Positions 1 through 9,784 of a stretch of DNA of 64,000 bases are shown piece by piece (the first letter of the stretch is position 1; each line of letters begins with the position of its first letter). The position numbers and the translations under genes are program-made. The notes under the pieces are model-generated. The model saw nothing but the letters and a program-made list of their open reading frames with translations, made no database searches and was not told where the DNA came from. This DNA is from Chitinophagales bacterium (lineage in GTDB: Bacteria > Bacteroidota > Bacteroidia > Chitinophagales > JAUHXS01), in NCBI GenBank assembly GCA_965213575.1, contig CBDBZN010000003.1, positions 2,372 to 66,371 of the forward strand, written 5' to 3'.

Positions 1-805
1 GTTTTCGAACGATCGGAATTACGCCCCATAAAAAAACACTTACTGTCCATAATCGTATTGGATATTGATCTGATCTGATATTTTGAAAATTAGGTTTAAT
101 GAAAGGCATTTGTTTAGCCATCCAGTTAAAAATACGATCACTATTGCACCATACTTTCGCAGTATTCGGTTCATTTTTTTTAAAATAATGATAGGAATTA
201 TAAGCAGTAAACCAATGCCTGCCTGATTCATTAATAAAGATAGGGTGGGGGTCAAATTTTTCTTTCAATATGCCATAACTCAATAAGCTGTCTTTGCCAC
301 CGCTACTTAAGATCGCATATTTATTTTCATCAGGTTTTTTGTCAACTTTAGCTTTAGTTAAATGAGCATATCCATCTGTTTGAAATTCAATTTGTGCATG
401 AGTATAGCGTTTGGGTTTCTCAACTTCTAACTGATTATAAGTAGCTAATAAAAACTCTGTTGGTTGAAGTAGCTTATGTACGTATATTTCACGACTGGTA
501 TTTTCTATCATATCCAATATGAATCTTTGATCTGTAACATCATATAAGCCTTCAAAAACAATTTTTTCACAAAAAAGTCCGTAATTCATAGCTACTTGAG
601 CTACCATTATAGAAGCTATATTAACATCATCCCTATTTTTTGATTTAAAGACAGCTTCATCATATGAATAGATAAATTCATTATTTACCGAAGATCCATC
701 TTTCTTTTCTAAGGTATAAGTTGCTTTGGTTTGTCTGGGGCGGATAGAAAGATCATGCACTCTCAGACAATCGAAGGATACAAAGTCTTTGAGGGTGATG
801 CTCAT
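1..805 (-). CDS. PP-loop (SGGxDS) ATP-pyrophosphatase-superfamily protein, first ~268 codons only (continues past the window start)
   Basis: Absent from the ORF track because no stop lies in the window. My own translation from ATG 805..803 (ATGA overlap with the TGA stop of 802..1878) stays open to nt 1: MSITLKDFVSFDCLRVHDLSIRPRQ...KYAILSSGGKDSLLSYGILKEKFDPHPIFINESGRHW... SSGGKDS fits the PP-loop SGGxDS motif. Confidence 0.5.
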   Translation of the reverse strand, partial: MSITLKDFVSFDCLRVHDLSIRPRQTKATYTLEKKDGSSVNNEFIYSYDEAVFKSKNRDDVNIASIMVAQVAMNYGLFCEKIVFEGLYDVTDQRFILDMIENTSREIYVHKLLQPTEFLLATYNQLEVEKPKRYTHAQIEFQTDGYAHLTKAKVDKKPDENKYAILSSGGKDSLLSYGILKEKFDPHPIFINESGRHWFTAYNSYHYFKKNEPNTAKVWCNSDRIFNWMAKQMPFIKPNFQNIRSDQYPIRLWTVSVFLWGVIPIVRK

Positions 806-1878
806 TTTTTTATTTTATCGGCGATCAATGCAACTAAGCCTTCTGTTCCATTTTGTAACACGTCAAAACAAGGTAAGCCGGTTTCGGCTGTTACCTTATC
901 ACAAGCTTCTTGAATTTCATCTACATCCATCTCCTCATGATTCAACGTAATAGCAATCACTTCGCGTCCTGATATCACTTTAATAGCTTTGATCTGAGTA
1001 GTTAAATCATGTAATTTATAGCCAGGGAATCCGTCATATTCTTTTCGCTTAGGCGCATGTTGTAAAATTACATAATCCGGCCTGCCTGCAGCAAGAATTT
1101 CAAAACCTCCCGGATAGGCAGGGTTCATTAAACTTCCTTGTCCTTCTATCACAATAACATCAGGTTTTTCTTTTTTCCAAGCATTAACTATAGCATGTTC
1201 TATTTCTCCCGAGACAAAATCATTGATACAGCTATCCATGATCATAGAGTATTTTGCTCCTTGCATCCATGCTGTTTGTCCTGTTCCGATCATTTCAGCT
1301 TTATATTTTGCTTTTTGTAAGCCTTGTACAATGAGCCACGCAGTAGTTCGCTTTCCTATTGCCGAGTCAGTTCCTAACACGGCAAGTTTTAAGGAATCTA
1401 CTTTTTCTATATCACCGCTAAAAAAATGTAATTCATCTCTATCAGGTGTTTTTCTGATATCTCTTATACTTACATGATTAGCTTTCGCTAAAGCTACTAG
1501 TTCCTCATCTTTAGTGAGAAAATCGTGTAACCCGGAGTCAACATTTAATCCGGCCTTTAATGCTTCTTTAACTGTTTCTTTTGCTTCTTTTGGCAACCTT
1601 CCTCCGTCAGGAGCTAAGCCAATTACGAAATATTGGATATCAATTCCTTTGTTTTTAAATGTTTCCAATGCCTCTGTAAGGCCGGAGTAAACCGGAATAT
1701 TGTTAGGCCTTTGGTCGAGTACTTGGCCACTGTCTTGTCCTGTATAATTGCGATCAATCACTCCCAATACATCATACCGATTTGTAAACCTGACTAAGCC
1801 ATGTGCAGTTTTACCGTTAGGCGTGTTAAAAGCATCTTGGCAATATACAATTGCCTTTCCATCTAATTTTTTATTCAT
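802..1878 (-). CDS. DUF1611-family protein (Rossmann-like N-domain plus P-loop-like C-domain; to my knowledge the family that includes D-glutamate N-acetyltransferase DgcN)
   Basis: 358-aa ORF. GTDSAIGKRTT P-loop-like motif, GQGSLMNPAYPG and overall layout are typical of DUF1611. Family call is from memory of the family, not a search. Confidence 0.7.
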   Translation of the reverse strand: MNKKLDGKAIVYCQDAFNTPNGKTAHGLVRFTNRYDVLGVIDRNYTGQDSGQVLDQRPNNIPVYSGLTEALETFKNKGIDIQYFVIGLAPDGGRLPKEAKETVKEALKAGLNVDSGLHDFLTKDEELVALAKANHVSIRDIRKTPDRDELHFFSGDIEKVDSLKLAVLGTDSAIGKRTTAWLIVQGLQKAKYKAEMIGTGQTAWMQGAKYSMIMDSCINDFVSGEIEHAIVNAWKKEKPDVIVIEGQGSLMNPAYPGGFEILAAGRPDYVILQHAPKRKEYDGFPGYKLHDLTTQIKAIKVISGREVIAITLNHEEMDVDEIQEACDKVTAETGLPCFDVLQNGTEGLVALIADKIKK

Positions 1879-1912
1879 TTAACAAAAATTTATTAAATCA
1901 TTAATGCATGCA

Positions 1913-2974
1913 CTAACTTTTTGCTGTTAAAACAGCAACAAATCTATCATTTTCTATGTGTTCAGCTGCATGATATTCTAATAAACCAATCAAACCGGCT
2001 GTGGAAGCAGGCAATACTTTGATAGATTCTCTTTTAGCAAGATAAGAAGTCATTTCTTTCATTTTTTTATCACTAATATTATATGCCAGTCCATTTGATT
2101 GTTGTAACGCATATAAAGCCTCTTCCCCATCAAAGCTATGCCAGTTGATCAATGGTTCATTAATAGTCGTTTCTTTAATCCTGACCGGGTTTAAGTCTAT
2201 ACATTTATCTAACTTATGATTGTAAGAGTACACGATTGGATTTTTAGCGACAGATGATCCTGCAACCATTATCGGAATTTTGGAGGTTTTACCTCTTTTA
2301 TATAAATTATAAAAACCTCTGAATACTCCTGCTAGTATAGTACCATTAGAAACCGGCAACGCACAATATTTTGGTGCGTCTCTTAATTGATCATATATCT
2401 CCAAAGCTATTTGACTATAGGCAGTTATCTGAAGGCTTGTATTTCCTCCACCGGGGTTTGCATCATACCAACCTTTCTCATTGGCTATTTTACTGCTTTC
2501 AATGACAGCATCTTCATACGTATCGCCATATCGAATAATCTTAGCGCCCAAACTTTCCATTTCTTCTATTCGTTTGGTATGGTAATTTTTAGGAATAAAG
2601 ATCATACAAGCTATACCAGCAAGGTTTGTTGCCAATGCCATAGATGCTCCATAATTGCCACACGTGGCTAAGCTGATTGTATCAAATTCTCGCCGTAGTG
2701 CATCATAAACTTGAGCAAAGCCAATCCTATCTTTTTGAGTACCTGTTGGATTATCGCCTTCTGTTTTTAAATAAAGCTGCCTAATATTATGGTCTCTTTC
2801 AAGCATTCGTGACCTTAGCAAGCTGGTATCTCCAACTTCTAAGCTCATAATATCTTCAAAAGATTCTAAACGGTCAATTAACCTATTGTTTGTGTCTTTA
2901 ACATAATCACTTAATATATGTGCATCTTTAGATACATTGATATCAGCAATTATTCCCGTGTCTTTTGCATTCAT
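1913..2974 (-). CDS. Pyridoxal-phosphate-dependent enzyme, fold type II (threonine synthase / cysteine synthase-like)
   Basis: 353-aa ORF. NPTGTQKDRIG resembles the PLP-lysine motif (xPTGSFKDRG) of Trp-synthase-beta-like enzymes. A glycine-rich region (SNGTILAG) lies further downstream. Confidence 0.7.
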   Translation of the reverse strand: MNAKDTGIIADINVSKDAHILSDYVKDTNNRLIDRLESFEDIMSLEVGDTSLLRSRMLERDHNIRQLYLKTEGDNPTGTQKDRIGFAQVYDALRREFDTISLATCGNYGASMALATNLAGIACMIFIPKNYHTKRIEEMESLGAKIIRYGDTYEDAVIESSKIANEKGWYDANPGGGNTSLQITAYSQIALEIYDQLRDAPKYCALPVSNGTILAGVFRGFYNLYKRGKTSKIPIMVAGSSVAKNPIVYSYNHKLDKCIDLNPVRIKETTINEPLINWHSFDGEEALYALQQSNGLAYNISDKKMKEMTSYLAKRESIKVLPASTAGLIGLLEYHAAEHIENDRFVAVLTAKS

Positions 2975-3030
2975 TCTTATAGATAAAATCTATATAATAT
3001 TACGATTTTACTTTTTAAAAAATCTTACTA

Positions 3031-4554
3031 TTATCGCTTTTTTAATTCAAATATATCAGTTCTTCTATCTTTTAAATTACGCACACTTCCAAATTGATTC
3101 AATTCTCTTAACATATCAATATCAACGTCGGCAATTAATATCATTTCTGTATTCGGTGTCGCTTCAGATTTAATACCATTGGTAGGAAAAGCAAAGTCGC
3201 AAGGCGTAAAAACCATGGATTGTGCAAATTGAATATCCATATTATGAACGTTAGGCAAATTACCCACGCTTCCGGCAATTGCTACATAACATTCATTTTC
3301 TATCGCCCTGGCTTGAGCACAATTTCGAACTCTTGAATATCCGTTTTGGGTATCGGTTAAAAAAGGAATGAAAAGTATGTCCATGCCCTCATCAGCAAGT
3401 AGCCTGCTTAATTCGGGAAATTCTGAATCATAACAAATAAGAATTCCAATCTTTCCACAGTCTGTATCAAAAGCCTTTAACTCATTGCCACCCTGCATGC
3501 CCCATACTTTTGCTTCATCAGGCGTTACATGCAGTTTTTCATATCGCTCTATTGTTCCATCTCTTTTGCATAAATATCCTACATTGTAAAGTAGATCGCC
3601 AATTAATTCGGGCATACTTCCGGTAATAATGTTGATGTTGTATGCAATAGCGAGTTTTGAAAATCTTTGTTTTATGTTAGTAGTGTGTTGAGCTAAATTT
3701 CGTATAGCATCTGGCTCTGAAAGATGATTATCTTCAGCCATGAGTGGGGCATTGAAAAATTCAGGGAATAATGCAAAGTCAGCTCGATAACCCGAAACCG
3801 CATCAACAAAATACTCTGCTTGTTGCATCAGCTCTTCCAAGTTTTTATAAGGTCTCATTTGCCACTGTATCAATCCTATCCTAACAACTTTTTTATTTGT
3901 AAAAGGTTTTTTATTTATTTTTTCAAAATATATATTATTCCATTCTAATAATACAGCATATTCATTAGAAGCTTCATCGTCTTCTAAGTAACCTTTAATT
4001 ACTCGTGCAGGGTGAAAGTCATTAGAGATTTGAAAATTGAGCACCGGATCATGTATCTCCATTTTTTTGACCTTCTCAATATATTCTTTAGGCGTTAAGT
4101 TTTCTGCATATTTATGATAATTAGGAATCCTCCCTCCGAATGCAATTCCTCTCAAATTAAGCCTTTCACAAAGCTCTTTTCTATAATCATACAACCTTCT
4201 TCCTAATCTTAAGCCTCTATATTCGGGGCTAATGAATACATCTATTCCATAAAGAATGTCGCCATCCGGCCGGTGTGTATCGAAAGTGTAATTTCCTGTA
4301 ATTTCTTTATAAGTATGATTTTCATCAAACTTATTATAATCTACAATAATCGACAATGCACACCCTGCAATTTGGCCATTAATTTTAAGTACCACTTGCC
4401 CCTCGGCGAATTTTTCTATTAATGATTTGATATGATGTTCCTTCCAATAGGCGTTGGGTAGATTTGCATATGCCTGAATCATCATTAGCTTAAGCTGTTG
4501 ATAATCGTCAAAACTTAAAAATGCTAATTCAATGTTTTCTATTTCTGTTTTCAT
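3031..4554 (-). CDS. Bifunctional GNAT N-acetyltransferase / carbon-nitrogen hydrolase (nitrilase superfamily) protein
   Basis: 507-aa ORF. The N-terminal GNAT core contains RGLRLGRRLY. The C-terminal half carries the nitrilase Glu-Lys-Cys triad contexts (ALFPEFF, YEKLHVTPDE, GILICYDSEFPE). Confidence 0.85.
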   Translation of the reverse strand: MKTEIENIELAFLSFDDYQQLKLMMIQAYANLPNAYWKEHHIKSLIEKFAEGQVVLKINGQIAGCALSIIVDYNKFDENHTYKEITGNYTFDTHRPDGDILYGIDVFISPEYRGLRLGRRLYDYRKELCERLNLRGIAFGGRIPNYHKYAENLTPKEYIEKVKKMEIHDPVLNFQISNDFHPARVIKGYLEDDEASNEYAVLLEWNNIYFEKINKKPFTNKKVVRIGLIQWQMRPYKNLEELMQQAEYFVDAVSGYRADFALFPEFFNAPLMAEDNHLSEPDAIRNLAQHTTNIKQRFSKLAIAYNINIITGSMPELIGDLLYNVGYLCKRDGTIERYEKLHVTPDEAKVWGMQGGNELKAFDTDCGKIGILICYDSEFPELSRLLADEGMDILFIPFLTDTQNGYSRVRNCAQARAIENECYVAIAGSVGNLPNVHNMDIQFAQSMVFTPCDFAFPTNGIKSEATPNTEMILIADVDIDMLRELNQFGSVRNLKDRRTDIFELKKR

Positions 4555-4589
4555 CTCTATTATTAAATTTTTGCTAAATGATTGCTCAA

Positions 4590-4625
4590 AACAAAAAAGG
4601 GAACTTTATTAATAAAGTTCCCTTT
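4590..4625 (-). terminator. Rho-independent terminator downstream of tRNA-Gln
   Basis: Perfect 13-bp stem (4596..4608 / 4613..4625, loop ttaa), followed on the minus strand by a T-rich run (tttgtttt). Confidence 0.6.
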
Positions 4626-4631
4626 CAAATG

Positions 4632-4704
4632 CTGGCCAACCAGGGCTCGAACCTGGACTCTTCTGGACCAAAACCAGACGTGTTGCCAGTTACACCATCG
4701 GCCA
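4632..4704 (-). tRNA. tRNA-Gln (anticodon UUG)
   Basis: Hand-folded cloverleaf on the minus strand: acceptor TGGCCGA/TTGGCCA, D-stem GTGT/ACAC, anticodon stem TCTGG/CCAGA with loop TTTTGGT (anticodon TTG), T-arm CCAGG-TTCGAGC-CCTGG, discriminator G. 73 nt; CCA is not encoded. Confidence 0.9.
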
Positions 4705-4778
4705 GTTTAACTGCGTTGCAAATTTAATAAATGAATCTAATCTTTTCAATAAAAAACCGGCATTATTTAATACGAAAG

Positions 4779-5666
4779 CTATTTCTGAGCAACATAGATG
4801 ATACTGCTACAGGAATTAACAGTTTTGAATGCTTGAACATTAGATGCTAAACCATTCATAAATGCTTTTGGATAGTTTACTTTGCCCTTTTTATATTTTT
4901 CACTGAGCATAGATACATAAAAAGCATCAAAAAACATTTTCTTTTTTTCAATCAATTTAAATCCATTATTTTCCAATAATACCTGCATACTAAAAGGGCT
5001 GAAATGAAATAAGTGGCGAGGCACGTCATATCCGGCCCAATATTGTTGATACAGTTTTCCATCATTGGAAGTATAGTTAGGAACAGCAATAAAGAGCGTT
5101 CCATCGGGAGTAAGTAAGCGTTGTAATGTGGAAACATACTCATTTAAATCATGCACATGCTCTAGTACATGCCAAAGCGTGATCACATCAAAGCTTGCCT
5201 CAGGTAAACTTTTTAATTGATCCGTGGGTAGCAAAGTAAGGTTGAATTGTTTTTTAGCGTAAGCGATAGCTTTTTCACTCGGTTCTACACCGGTTGTTTG
5301 CCAACCTAACTCTTGCATAGTATTTAAAAAGTGACCTGTGCCGGCTCCAACATCTAATATATGGCCACTTCCTTTACCGGAAACCTCAGTAACGAGTTTT
5401 CCTTTTTGCTTTAAGGTTATTTTTCTAACAGTTTGATACAATTTACTCATTAAGCTTTTGGAAGTGTCGGAGTGGGAAATATAATCTTCTGATTCATAGT
5501 ATTTACCTATTTCAGTTTCAGATGGAAAAGGATTAGTTACGCGAAGCTTACAGGATGGACATTCATCAATATTAAATTGTTGATGAGAAACAGTATAATC
5601 GATTACTTTTAAATCTATATTTTGGAGTTTTGTACGACATATAGAGCATTGAGTATGCTTATTCAT
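4779..5666 (-). CDS. Class I SAM-dependent methyltransferase with N-terminal Cys-rich (zinc-ribbon-like) segment
   Basis: 295-aa ORF. Motif I is ILDVGAGTGHF. The N-terminus has CSIC...CPSC cysteine pairs. Confidence 0.8.
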   Translation of the reverse strand: MNKHTQCSICRTKLQNIDLKVIDYTVSHQQFNIDECPSCKLRVTNPFPSETEIGKYYESEDYISHSDTSKSLMSKLYQTVRKITLKQKGKLVTEVSGKGSGHILDVGAGTGHFLNTMQELGWQTTGVEPSEKAIAYAKKQFNLTLLPTDQLKSLPEASFDVITLWHVLEHVHDLNEYVSTLQRLLTPDGTLFIAVPNYTSNDGKLYQQYWAGYDVPRHLFHFSPFSMQVLLENNGFKLIEKKKMFFDAFYVSMLSEKYKKGKVNYPKAFMNGLASNVQAFKTVNSCSSIIYVAQK

Positions 5667-5843
5667 AGTATTTTACTTTTTTTAACAGCAAAAATGTACT
5701 AAAGATATAGTAAAATTGTTTTAAAATAATCTATATCTATTAAACGAATTGCAAATTTAAGTTCAAAAGTTTTATTATTTTCGCTCATTCATTTTCAAAA
5801 TGTATACTCCTTATAGGAATATCAAAATGCAGACTATTACACT

Positions 5844-8800
5844 ATGAAAAATATCAACAAATTAAGCCTTATCTGTGGCTGGGTAGTTTTTTTACTTGCT
5901 AGTGTTATTTACTTGATTACGATAGAAGATAGTGTGAGTTTTTGGGATTGTGGAGAGTTTATATCCGGTTCATATAAATTGCAAGTTGTTCACCCACCGG
6001 GTGCGCCTACTTTTTTATTAATTGGAAGAATTTTTACACTCTTTGCTGGAGGTAATGTAGAATTGGTTCCTGTTACAGTTAATGCCTTATCAGCAATATC
6101 CAGCGCATTTGTAGTAACATTTATTTTTTGGTCTATTGTAATGCTGGCTAAAAAAATTGTTATCAGAGTCAACGATGAATATACCACGTCAGATACTATT
6201 GCTATATTAGGTACTGCATTTGTTGGTGCGATGACCGCTACTTTTTGTGACTCATTTTGGTTTTCTGCTGTAGAAGGTGAAGTTTACGCGCTATCGTTTT
6301 GCTTTAGTTTTATGGTGTTTTGGGCTATTTTAAAATGGGATACGATTGCTGATGAACCTTATGCAGATCGTTGGCTGATTTTAATAGCATTTATTATTGG
6401 TGTTTCCAGTGGGGTGCATCTATTAAGTTTATTGGCACTCCCTGCAGTTACTTTTGTGTATTATTTTAGAAGGTATAAAACTACACCCATTGGAGCTTTA
6501 AAAGCATTCGTTATCATGGGGGCTATTTTGTTCTTTATTTTGAATATAATTATTATGGGCATACCGGGTATGATGGCGTTTATGGACAGATTGTTCGTTA
6601 ATACGTTTGGACTTCCATTTAACTCAGGCGTATATTTCTTTATTATCTTACTAACAGGCCTAATTATTTTCGGGATTCATTATGCTGTGAAGAAAAGAAA
6701 AGAAGCTTTATATAAAGGCATGATCGCTTTCGCGATGATATTAATAGGTTATTCTTCTTATACCATGGTAGTTATCAGGGCAAATGCAGAACCTGCCATT
6801 AATATGAGTGACCCGGCAGATCCATATAGCTTAGCGTCTTATTTAAATAGAGAGCAATATGGTGAACGCCCATTACTATATGGCCCAATTTATACTTCAC
6901 AAAGAATTGGAATAGAAGAAAAAGGCAACAGATACTATAAGGCGGAAGATGAATATAAGATTTCAGGTAAAGACAGGGTACCAACTTATGCCAGCAAAGA
7001 CAAAATGTTCTTCCCAAGGATATATTCTCAACAAAGTAAAGATCAACAAGGTTACAGGTATTGGCTTGGATTAAAAGAAGGAGAAAAACCTGACTTCGGT
7101 GATAACCTTAAATTTTTCTTCCGGTATCAAATCGGTTATATGTATTTCCGATATTTCTTTTGGAATTTTATTGGTAGGCAGAATGATGCCCAAGGATTAA
7201 ACGGAAGTTTAAAAGAAGGAAATTGGATCTCAGGAATTCCTTTTATTGATGGTGCACGGCTAGCTTCACAAGATAATTTGCCGGATTCCATCAAAAATGA
7301 TAAAGCCAGAAATAAATTCTATTTTCTTCCATTAATACTAGGGTTAATTGGCTTATTCTTTATGTATAGTAGAGACAGAAAAGTGTTTTCAGTAGTAATG
7401 TTGCTATTTTTATTTACCGGATTAATGATCCTTATAGTAGAATCTAATGAACCACCCATCGAACCCCGAGAGCGAGATTATGCAGTAGCTGGCTCTTTCA
7501 TAACTTTTGCAATATGGATAGGCTTTGCTGTCTTAGCCATCTATGAATGGCTAAAAACTAAAAAACTGTCCGGTATGGTAAGTGCATCAGTTGCAATCGG
7601 TATTTGCATTGTTGCAGCACCATTTTTGATGGGTTTTCAAGGTTGGGATGACCACGATCGTTCTACTAAAAAAACAGCTCGTGACTTTGCCATTAATTAT
7701 TTAGAATCTTGTGCCCCTAATGCTATTTTATTTACCCAAGGCGACAATGACACATACCCTTTATGGTATGCACAAGAGGTAGAAGGGATCAGGCCTGATA
7801 TTCGTATTATTAATACAAGCTTACTTGCGGTAGGTTGGTATATTGATAAATTACGTCAAAAAATCAATGAAGCAGATGCAGTGCCCATGTCTATTTCTTC
7901 TGAAAAATATATTGGAGATAAAAGGGAGGTTTGTATTTACAATGAAAATAAAAGGATAAGCACTGATAAATATTTTGATTTAAAGGATGTGATCAAATTT
8001 ATAGAAAGTGATGACATGCAAACTAAAGTAAGGTTAAACGGTGGGGGTACGGCTGATTATTATCCAACTAAAAACTTTAGCCTTAAGGTTGATAAAGATA
8101 AAATGTTGGCAAATAATGTGGTTACTCCCGATTTAGCAGATAAGATTGTTCCTGAAGTTAAATGGACACTAAATAAAAATTATATTTATAGAAATGATTT
8201 GGTTCTACTAGATATTCTTGCTCAAAATAATTGGGAACGGCCTATATATTTTGCTATATCAGTGAGCCCATCTGTTTATCTGGGATTAGAGGATTATTTT
8301 CAGTTAGAAGGCTTGACTTATCGTTTAGTGCCTGTTGAGAATAATACGCCAAAAGGCCAACCGGGAAGGATACATACGGAGATCATGTATGATAATTTAA
8401 TGAATGATTTTAGATTCGGAAATATGGATGAGGATTGTATTTTTATCGATCACGGTACCTTACGGATGACATATAATCTTAGAAATAACTATGCGCGATT
8501 AGCTGAACAACTAATTCGAGAAAGGAAAAATGAAAAAGCGATAGCCTTACTTGACAGGTGTATAGAAGGCATGCCTCATAAAAATGTTCCGTTTAATGTA
8601 TACATGGTTTCTATTCCCAGGCTTTATTATCAAGCAGGAAGTCCTGAAAAAGCCAGACCTTTAGTCTCTAAATTATTAGCTATATCAGAAGACAATCTGG
8701 ATTATTATTTAGGTTTGGATCAGAAAGGAGTGAAAATCTATGAACGAGAAATTCAAGAATCTTTTGCAATTATACAGGAGCTGGATCGTATGGCTAAGCA

Positions 8801-8876
8801 GTTTAAAGAGGAGGCATTATCTGAAGATATATCTGCAAAGCTTGAAGAATTAAAGAACCGGGCAGCAAGTCTATAA
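5844..8876 (+). CDS. DUF2723 / glycosyltransferase family 117-like large polytopic membrane protein with C-terminal helical-repeat region
   Basis: 1010-aa ORF. The N-terminal FWDCGEFISGSYKLQVVHPPGAPTFLLIGRIF is the hallmark start of DUF2723 proteins, followed by many hydrophobic helices. Confidence 0.7.
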   Translation: MKNINKLSLICGWVVFLLASVIYLITIEDSVSFWDCGEFISGSYKLQVVHPPGAPTFLLIGRIFTLFAGGNVELVPVTVNALSAISSAFVVTFIFWSIVMLAKKIVIRVNDEYTTSDTIAILGTAFVGAMTATFCDSFWFSAVEGEVYALSFCFSFMVFWAILKWDTIADEPYADRWLILIAFIIGVSSGVHLLSLLALPAVTFVYYFRRYKTTPIGALKAFVIMGAILFFILNIIIMGIPGMMAFMDRLFVNTFGLPFNSGVYFFIILLTGLIIFGIHYAVKKRKEALYKGMIAFAMILIGYSSYTMVVIRANAEPAINMSDPADPYSLASYLNREQYGERPLLYGPIYTSQRIGIEEKGNRYYKAEDEYKISGKDRVPTYASKDKMFFPRIYSQQSKDQQGYRYWLGLKEGEKPDFGDNLKFFFRYQIGYMYFRYFFWNFIGRQNDAQGLNGSLKEGNWISGIPFIDGARLASQDNLPDSIKNDKARNKFYFLPLILGLIGLFFMYSRDRKVFSVVMLLFLFTGLMILIVESNEPPIEPRERDYAVAGSFITFAIWIGFAVLAIYEWLKTKKLSGMVSASVAIGICIVAAPFLMGFQGWDDHDRSTKKTARDFAINYLESCAPNAILFTQGDNDTYPLWYAQEVEGIRPDIRIINTSLLAVGWYIDKLRQKINEADAVPMSISSEKYIGDKREVCIYNENKRISTDKYFDLKDVIKFIESDDMQTKVRLNGGGTADYYPTKNFSLKVDKDKMLANNVVTPDLADKIVPEVKWTLNKNYIYRNDLVLLDILAQNNWERPIYFAISVSPSVYLGLEDYFQLEGLTYRLVPVENNTPKGQPGRIHTEIMYDNLMNDFRFGNMDEDCIFIDHGTLRMTYNLRNNYARLAEQLIRERKNEKAIALLDRCIEGMPHKNVPFNVYMVSIPRLYYQAGSPEKARPLVSKLLAISEDNLDYYLGLDQKGVKIYEREIQESFAIIQELDRMAKQFKEEALSEDISAKLEELKNRAASL

Positions 8877-9625
8877 TGCAGGCTAATAAGAAGCAGGATG
8901 ATTTTATTTACGGCAGGCATCCTGTTATAGAAGCGTTGAAGTCAGGTAAGCGTTTTGAAAAAATCCTATTTCAAAAAGGATTAAACAATTCGTTAGAGCA
9001 AATTATTCATCTGGCAAAAAGTGCAGCGGTATATATTCAGTTTGTACCCGTAGAAAAGCTGAATAGAATTACCCGAAAAGCTCATCAAGGTGTAATAGGC
9101 TTTACTGCTTTGGTGGATTATTATGAGATAGAAGATATCCTTCCACATATTTATGAACGCGGAGAAACACCTTTATTGATTTTACTGGATGGTGTTACAG
9201 ATGTGCGCAATGTAGGTGCAATTGCTAGAACTGTAGCGTGCTCTGGAGCTCATGCATTAATTTTTCCTCAAAAGGGAAGCGCTCAAATCAATTCTGATAC
9301 GGTAAAAGCTTCAGCAGGTGGAATTAACAAAATTTATTTATCAAAGGTGAATAGCCTTGAAAAAGCTATTAAATATTTGCAATTAAATGGCCTAAAAGTA
9401 ATTGCTACAGATATCAGGGGTGCGAAAAATATATCTTCTGTAGATTTTTCCGGCCCTTCTGCTATCGTAATGGGAGGCGAAGAAAAAGGCGTGAGTGATG
9501 AGGTCGTTCGCTATGTGGATGAAATCTGCACAATTCCTATGCCTGGAGAACAACTTTCTTATAATGTTTCTGTGGCTAGCGGCATGGTGCTTTACGAAGC
9601 GATGAGGCAACGTATGAATATGTGA
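8876..9625 (+). CDS. rlmB: 23S rRNA (guanosine-2'-O)-methyltransferase RlmB (SpoU/TrmH family)
   Basis: 249-aa ORF. Contains an N-terminal SpoU substrate-binding segment (YGRHPVIEAL) and SpoU motifs (DGVTDVRNVGAIARTVACSGA, IVMGGEEKGVS, IPMPGEQLSYNVSVASGMVLYE). Confidence 0.85.
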   Translation: MQANKKQDDFIYGRHPVIEALKSGKRFEKILFQKGLNNSLEQIIHLAKSAAVYIQFVPVEKLNRITRKAHQGVIGFTALVDYYEIEDILPHIYERGETPLLILLDGVTDVRNVGAIARTVACSGAHALIFPQKGSAQINSDTVKASAGGINKIYLSKVNSLEKAIKYLQLNGLKVIATDIRGAKNISSVDFSGPSAIVMGGEEKGVSDEVVRYVDEICTIPMPGEQLSYNVSVASGMVLYEAMRQRMNM

Positions 9626-9784
9626 GTTACAGATTGACGATTTTAGATTTACGAGGTACGATTTGGTTATAATTTTGAATTTTTAGTTTTGAATTTTAAA
9701 TTAACCAAGGGTTGAACTTAATACCGATCGCTCATGTATATCATTATATATCATGTATCATTTTGAACAGATCAGCCTAAGCCC

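Noticed and set aside
40-255. 71-aa minus-strand ORF near the window start
   Set aside because: It is a different frame of the same strand as the much longer open frame 1..805 that carries the PP-loop motif.
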